Assembly (NCBI GenBank): GCA_947571655.1
Contig: CANOYR010000008.1
Location: 1,386 to 65,385, forward strand
Reading direction: 5' to 3'
DNA: 64,000 bases
Source: an uncultured Bacillales bacterium
GTDB lineage: Bacteria; Bacillota_I; Bacilli_A; RF39; UBA660
Numbering within the stretch: the first letter of the stretch is position 1; each line of letters starts with the position of its first letter. A program made the translations under genes and the position numbers. The notes beneath the pieces were generated by a model. That model saw only the letters and a list, made by a program, of their open reading frames with translations. It was not told the DNA's origin and did no database searches. Shown in pieces: positions 58,310-64,000 of this stretch.

Positions 58310-59068
58310 ATGCTAAAAGTAAAAAAACTAAAAAAGAAATTTATTCGCATGAATTCAAAAAAACAAAAAGAAGAATTTTATGCGGACTATGATATTAGTT
58401 TTTCAGCCAAGGAGGGAGAAATCGTTGGGATTCTAGGACCCAATGGAGCAGGAAAAACGACACTGCTTCGAATGATTGCGGGGATTTTAGAACCAACTGA
58501 GGGAACTGTTGATTTTGATGGATTGAATTATAAGGAAAATGAGATTGAGATCAAAAAGAGGATTGCCTATTTATCTGGAAATACGAAAATTTATAATACA
58601 TTATCTACTTATGAATTATTAAATATGTGTTGTGATTTTTATGATGTTCCTATGAAAGAAAGAGAGGCAAGAATTAGAGAAATTTCTAAGACACTTAGAA
58701 TGGATTCTTTTCTTCATAATAAAATTGAGAAACTTTCTACTGGACAAACTCAAAAAGTCAATATTGCAAGATGTATGGTCCATAATCCTAAATATTATAT
58801 TTTGGATGAAGCAACGAGTGGCTTAGATATTATCTCGAGTCAAATTATTTTAAATTTTATTAAAAATGAGAAAGAAAAAGGAAAAATTATTCTTTATTCA
58901 ACGCACTACATGGAAGAAGCTGAAAATATTTGTGATAATGTAGTAATGGTTAATCGGGGAGTAGTTATCAAAGAAGGAACCCCTGAAAACATAAAAAAAG
59001 ACACAAAAACAACAAATTTGAGAGATGCCTTTTTTGCTTTAATTGGAGGTGTAAGAGATGAAGAATAA
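58310..59068 (+). CDS. ABC transporter ATP-binding protein (NatA-like)
   Basis: GGAGGAG RBS. Walker A GPNGAGKTT, signature LSTGQTQK, Walker B ILDEAT. Confidence 0.8.
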   Translation: MLKVKKLKKKFIRMNSKKQKEEFYADYDISFSAKEGEIVGILGPNGAGKTTLLRMIAGILEPTEGTVDFDGLNYKENEIEIKKRIAYLSGNTKIYNTLSTYELLNMCCDFYDVPMKEREARIREISKTLRMDSFLHNKIEKLSTGQTQKVNIARCMVHNPKYYILDEATSGLDIISSQIILNFIKNEKEKGKIILYSTHYMEEAENICDNVVMVNRGVVIKEGTPENIKKDTKTTNLRDAFFALIGGVRDEE

Positions 59069-60203
59069 GATTTCATATATTTTAAGAAAAGAAATTAAAG
59101 AAATGTTTCGCGATAAGAAGTCACTAATGATGATGTTAGTAGTTCCCATCATGATTCCACTGTTAATTATTGGAATGAGTGCACTATTTGAAATGCAGAT
59201 GAATCGACCAGTAACAGACTATAATCGAATAGGATTTGCTTATGATTTAGGAGAGATAGAAGAAAGTCTAGCGAAGGAATTTGAATTAAATTTTGTAACA
59301 GGAAAAGAAGAAGAAATCAAAAAACAGTATCAAGATGGCTTTCTGGATTTATACATCACAAAGGAGAATTCTATTTATACGATTCATGGAGATGATAAAG
59401 ATACGACCTCGCTTGCTTCTTCTTTAGTAGAAAGTTATTTTAATGCCTATAAGGAACACTTACAAGAAGAATATTTAAAAGAACATGAAATTGAATCACA
59501 AGAAGTCATTCAAATGATTCAGTTGAAGGAGGATATTAAAGAAACAGAAAATTACTTTTCTAATTATATTACCAATTATGCATTTCTATTTATTTTAATG
59601 GCAATTACAGTGTCTGCTACTTATCCATCAACAGATACGACTGCAGGTGAGAAAGAACGAGGTACTTTAGAAACCTTACTTACTTTTCCAATTAAAAGTA
59701 AAGATATTATTATAGGAAAATTTCTAAGTGTCAGTTTTTCTTCCGTAATTACTGGGATTATTAGTCTCGTCTTGATGGTAATTTCCTTGATGATTGCGGG
59801 AAATATGTTTGAAATCTATAAAGGAGTAGAAATGATGCTACCTCTTAATAGTCTGATTTTTTCGACAGTTGTAATTATTGCATATTCACTTTTAATCAGT
59901 GGTTTATGTATTGCAGTTGCTAGTAAATCAAAGACTTTTAAAGAAGCACAAAGTGCATTAACGCCACTTACATTTATTTCTTTTTTCCCAGGTATGATTG
60001 CCTTTATGGTGGATTTAGAAAGTAGTAGTTTTCTTTCCCTTGTACCATTCTTGAATTATTCTTTGTTATTTACAGACATTACGAATGGGACAATCAATTA
60101 TTTAAATATTTTTCTTATGCTCATATCCACGGTTGTGGTGATTGGTTTGGTATTAGGAATTATTATTAAACAATATAAATCAGAGAAGGTTTTGTTTCAG
60201 TGA
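59058..60203 (+). CDS. ABC-2 permease (NatB-like)
   Basis: N-terminal TM, large extracytoplasmic loop, 5 C-terminal TM helices. Overlaps the ATPase gene. Confidence 0.55.
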   Translation: MKNKISYILRKEIKEMFRDKKSLMMMLVVPIMIPLLIIGMSALFEMQMNRPVTDYNRIGFAYDLGEIEESLAKEFELNFVTGKEEEIKKQYQDGFLDLYITKENSIYTIHGDDKDTTSLASSLVESYFNAYKEHLQEEYLKEHEIESQEVIQMIQLKEDIKETENYFSNYITNYAFLFILMAITVSATYPSTDTTAGEKERGTLETLLTFPIKSKDIIIGKFLSVSFSSVITGIISLVLMVISLMIAGNMFEIYKGVEMMLPLNSLIFSTVVIIAYSLLISGLCIAVASKSKTFKEAQSALTPLTFISFFPGMIAFMVDLESSSFLSLVPFLNYSLLFTDITNGTINYLNIFLMLISTVVVIGLVLGIIIKQYKSEKVLFQ

Positions 60204-60212
60204 ATAAAACCT

Positions 60213-60257
60213 AAAAAGTAATTTGGAAAAATTTTTTTCTAAATTACTTTTTATTTT
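60213..60257 (+). terminator. Rho-independent terminator
   Basis: aaaaagtaattt ... aaattacttttt 12-bp stem followed by ATTTT. Confidence 0.5.
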
Positions 60258-60366
60258 GCTATAATAATTAGAAAGAGAGAAGAAAATAGCATTTTATTAA
60301 ATAATAAATTACAAAAATAACTAGAAATTTAGGGTATTAATTTCTTTTTTAAGGAAGGAGAATAAG

Positions 60367-60891
60367 ATGAAGGTTGTTCATCCATTAGAGCCAATTTATG
60401 ATCAAAATTCTAAAGTTTTAATCCTTGGAAGTATGCCATCTGTGAAATCAAGGGAGATTGGTTTTTATTATAGTCATCCAAAAAATAGATTTTGGAAAAC
60501 TTTAGAAAAAGTTTATGAGGAAAAAATAGGAGAGAATAAGGAAGAAAAAATTTCCTTTTTAAAGAAACATCATATTGCTCTTTTTGATGTTTTAAAGAGT
60601 TGTGAGATTATTTCATCAAAGGATTACTCTATTAAAAATCCAGTATCTAATGATTTTACAGAAATCTTAAAAAATTCTAAAATAAAAGTAATTTTTACAA
60701 CGGGTAGGAAGGCACATGAATTGTATCAGAAGTATTGTTATCCGAAAACTAAAATAGAAGCTATTTATTTACCGAGTACTTCTCCTTGTAATTGCCCAAA
60801 AGGAATTGATGAAATGTTAGAAACCTCTTATTATGAGGTAAGAAAATATACAGAAGATTCTTTTTTTCAATCTAAAGAAATGATAGAATAG
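60367..60891 (+). CDS. UDG-superfamily DNA glycosylase (family 6 hypoxanthine-DNA glycosylase-like)
   Basis: VLILGSMPS...YYSHPKNRFW pattern. GGAAGGAG RBS. Confidence 0.4.
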   Translation: MKVVHPLEPIYDQNSKVLILGSMPSVKSREIGFYYSHPKNRFWKTLEKVYEEKIGENKEEKISFLKKHHIALFDVLKSCEIISSKDYSIKNPVSNDFTEILKNSKIKVIFTTGRKAHELYQKYCYPKTKIEAIYLPSTSPCNCPKGIDEMLETSYYEVRKYTEDSFFQSKEMIE

Positions 60892-60961
60892 TATTGTGAT
60901 TTATAATTTGATAGACAGAATGTATCATTTATATTGGTTACAGGGATAGGAGCATAATAGG

Positions 60962-61633
60962 ATGAATATTAAGGATTTAAATAAAAGATATGATATACTT
61001 CAAAAAAAGCATGGAGCTAAGGAATTGGATTCTATTTATAATGGTGGTTTGGAAAAAAATCCAGATATTTGTTTTGTATTTATGAATCCAACGGGGAGAA
61101 TTATTGCTTCTAGAAAGGATTGGAAAGGACGAAAGTCCCCTTGGATTGGTACAAAAAATATTTGGGATTTATTTTATGCAGTCGGTTTGTTAGACAAAGA
61201 ATTATATTATGAAATTAAAAAAAAAGGTAGTGAATGGACAGAAGAATTTGCAGATTTTGTCTATCAGGATATAGAAAAACATAAATATTTTATTACGAAT
61301 CTAGGAAAATGTACACAAGTAGATGCAAGACCTTTACCAGATTCTGTCTATCAGGAATATTTAGATTTACTATATCAAGAGTTTGAAATTATTCAGCCAA
61401 AAGTGATTATTTTATTTGGAAATCAAGTAAGTTCAATTGTATTAAATCAAAAGATATCAGTTTCAGAGGTAAGAAAAAAGTGTTTTATCAAAGAGATAAA
61501 AAATAAGAAGTATAAGTTTTATTCTGTTTATTACCCTATTGGAAATGGTAGATTTAATATTGGAAAATCGATTGAAGATATTCAGTGGATTATAAAACAG
61601 GAATTCAATCGCGCAACAGGTGATTTAAAATAA
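60962..61633 (+). CDS. UDG-superfamily DNA glycosylase-like protein
   Basis: ICFVFMNPTG...ITNLGKC...ILFGNQV resembles the UDG-fold motif order (motif A, mid motif, C-terminal His-less variant). Weak. Confidence 0.35.
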   Translation: MNIKDLNKRYDILQKKHGAKELDSIYNGGLEKNPDICFVFMNPTGRIIASRKDWKGRKSPWIGTKNIWDLFYAVGLLDKELYYEIKKKGSEWTEEFADFVYQDIEKHKYFITNLGKCTQVDARPLPDSVYQEYLDLLYQEFEIIQPKVIILFGNQVSSIVLNQKISVSEVRKKCFIKEIKNKKYKFYSVYYPIGNGRFNIGKSIEDIQWIIKQEFNRATGDLK

Positions 61634-61813
61634 TAGTTAAGTAAAAAAATTAGATTTATAAGTATACTAAAGAGAACAAGGAAATTTGAATTTGTATTGT
61701 TTTTTATGTCTTATTAAAAAATCCTTTATAGAAATTCATCAAACTGTTTGTATGATTTTTAATCATATTTTATTTTGATACTATTAAGTGATTATGTATT
61801 ATCGATAAAATTC

Positions 61814-62551
61814 TTATTGCCTTTTTAATATTGATGGAATTTTATATAATAAAAAAGTATAATAGTAGTAGTCTGGAATATCAATACATGTATTGAAGTA
61901 GTTGTTTAAGATAGAATTAGATTTGTTATTTATTGTACATTCTAATATTTCTGAACCTGGTTGAATAATGTTTTGACCTAATTTTATAAATTTTGATACT
62001 ATAATTTTTGATAAGTAGGATTTAAATAAATTGTTTGTACTTAAATCTGCAAATCCTAAGTAAGAAATTTCATGTCTTTTAAGATAGTTATTAATTTCTA
62101 TAGCTTTTTTGCGCCCTATATTTGTTATATAAATAATATAGCAGATGGAGGGATTGATAAAGACAGCTTTTTCATAGAGGGATTCTAAAAGAGCACACTC
62201 TTTCTTTCTTTTTATTTCATAGGAATCAAAACCACTACCATAATCGCCATGCAAATAACAGAAATTATCATTCAATAGAAAAGGTATTAGTTGTTTTAAA
62301 ATGTATTCCCCATAATCAGCATCCTCGATTTTTTGCCAATTGAATATAAAAGCAATATCTCCTTTGTTTGTTGGGATTAGAAGATGTTTTAAAGTAGAGT
62401 AGTTGATGTTATTTTTTTCTAATTCTTGTTCTAGATTATTAGAATGGTAATATAATTCATCGAATACAGGATTTTGTATGGTATTATTTGTAATGCCAAT
62501 AGTATTTGCATTCTGCTTGTAGATTGAGTGTTTTTTGCTCATATTAATCAC
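61814..62551 (-). CDS. Hypothetical protein (opposite strand, AT-richer)
   Basis: 245-aa ORF. No family recognised. Confidence 0.3.
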   Translation of the reverse strand: MINMSKKHSIYKQNANTIGITNNTIQNPVFDELYYHSNNLEQELEKNNINYSTLKHLLIPTNKGDIAFIFNWQKIEDADYGEYILKQLIPFLLNDNFCYLHGDYGSGFDSYEIKRKKECALLESLYEKAVFINPSICYIIYITNIGRKKAIEINNYLKRHEISYLGFADLSTNNLFKSYLSKIIVSKFIKLGQNIIQPGSEILECTINNKSNSILNNYFNTCIDIPDYYYYTFLLYKIPSILKRQ

Positions 62552-62677
62552 CTAGTTTATGATTATAAACGAAGAATATTAAAATATAAATAATTTATTC
62601 TGTTATGAGGGAATCGTATATTTTAAACTAAAATAATAATTATTGAAATTGAATAGGAAAGTTATTGACTTTTCCTT

Positions 62678-63481
62678 TTAGAAGTTTTGATTACTAGATG
62701 TTTTTGTTAAAACTAATTGCCTACCAATTAATTCAAGATTATTCCAACTGAAGCAGTTTCTTCCCTGTGAGTTTCTCAAGCTATCTAATCCTATTTTTTC
62801 ATAATATTCAACTTTACAATTTCCATTGGTACAATTTTTACAATTTCTATTTTCAATGGACTTTCTTAAATATTCCTTTTCTTCCAAAGATAGTACATTT
62901 GCTAATTTAATATAAAATTCACTAGGACTTTCAATAATCCTTTCTATGATTTCTTCTAGAGTGGAACAAGATGTTTTGGTAATTTCTATTCCATCTGTTT
63001 TTTCTTTGATTGTTCTTTCAATTTTTTTATATTTATCTAATGTTCTTTGATGCTTTTCTTTGATTGATTTTAATTTTTCCTGGAAGTTTTCATCCAATGA
63101 TAGAAATGCAATTTCATAGTCCATAATTTTTTTGTTTGCTTGATCTGCTATTGCTAAAGCTTCTTCAAAACTATTAAATAATTGGGTTACAATTATAGAA
63201 TTGGTGCATTGAGAATAAAAATTATATTCTGGAACTATTTTTTGAAATTCTTCATAGTCTTCCTTCCCCTTTTTAACATATGGGAAAACAACCTCGTATT
63301 TTATTTTAGAAGTCCCATTACTCAAAAAGGTTTTTATTTCATCAATAACATAACACTTTGATACAATATTTGCTATTGTTCCGTATTCCTGTTCCCCACT
63401 TATATCGGAATACCAATTAGTTTTTCCTTCAATTGGGAGAATGGCATATTTTATTGGATACTTTAATTTTTTTTCTATCAT
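62678..63481 (-). CDS. Hypothetical protein with CxxC-x4-C cluster
   Basis: 267-aa ORF. NCKNCTNGNC near the C-terminus. Confidence 0.3.
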   Translation of the reverse strand: MIEKKLKYPIKYAILPIEGKTNWYSDISGEQEYGTIANIVSKCYVIDEIKTFLSNGTSKIKYEVVFPYVKKGKEDYEEFQKIVPEYNFYSQCTNSIIVTQLFNSFEEALAIADQANKKIMDYEIAFLSLDENFQEKLKSIKEKHQRTLDKYKKIERTIKEKTDGIEITKTSCSTLEEIIERIIESPSEFYIKLANVLSLEEKEYLRKSIENRNCKNCTNGNCKVEYYEKIGLDSLRNSQGRNCFSWNNLELIGRQLVLTKTSSNQNF

Positions 63482-64000
63482 AGTAAAACCTCTCTTACAA
63501 TCAAATATTATAGCATAACAGTTGAAGATATCAATAGGCAGTTAAAAAACTTAAATAGAATTCTATAAAAAGAACTTATATTTAATGTATAATATGACTG
63601 AAAATATGTTAGTGAGGTTTAAATGAATTTGGATTATTTAAATAGAATGACTGAAGACGTTGAAGATAATCTTGAAGGCTAAATGTAAGCGAAGTAAAAT
63701 AACAAATACTAGCTTATTTATTCTCGAGAGAATTTTTGTTTTTTTAACAAATATGACAATTACTGAATGCATTAAGAAAAGGAGCTTAAGTAAAGCATTT
63801 GAGAAAATAAGCAATATCTATAGAGTATTTGGAAACCAATAAGGAGAAATATAAAATTAAAACCAGCGAACTGAACTAGTCAATAAAAAATGGCCATTAA
63901 AAAAGACATATTGAAATCCCTAATTTGATTTTATATTAAATCTGAGTATGTAAAATCTATCTAACTATGGTAAATGAAGCTTTATGGGAATTCTAGACGA

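Noticed and set aside
1-64000. CRISPR arrays, rRNA, transposase or integrase genes
   Set aside because: No regularly spaced direct repeats, no rRNA-like GC-rich segments, and no DDE or tyrosine recombinase motifs were seen anywhere in the window.

Overview
This is a 64 kb window of very AT-rich, low-GC Firmicute-like chromosome from a probable anaerobe (rubrerythrin, anaerobic RNR, nitroreductase). Almost all genes are on the + strand. Housekeeping and repair genes (YlmH-like S4 protein, thermonuclease, uvdE, rubrerythrin, tex, nrdD/nrdG, folD, yebC, lipid kinase, queH, several ABC transporters, an OmpR/HK two-component pair, two UDG-superfamily glycosylases) are interleaved with accessory content.

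The most striking feature is a ~16 kb cluster (34.7-50.4 kb) of cell-surface proteins built from cohesin-like modules, dockerin modules, cadherin-like and BIG2 Ig-like repeats, with an embedded class-B sortase and a membrane-bound XRE regulator downstream. This looks like a non-cellulosomal cohesin-dockerin surface assembly system.

Other notable points:
- nrdD appears naturally split, with its glycyl-radical motif in a separate 56-aa ORF that has its own RBS.
- A 2.3 kb three-gene cassette on the opposite strand is bracketed by ~80 bp inverted repeats that abut tRNA-Cys.
- A SipW-type signal peptidase is fused to a polytopic membrane domain and sits next to a candidate cognate secreted substrate.
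- A phased A-tract (bent DNA) region lies upstream of nrdD.
- A Fur/PerR-like palindrome lies on the rubrerythrin promoter.

All functional calls come from motif recognition by eye. No database searches were possible.
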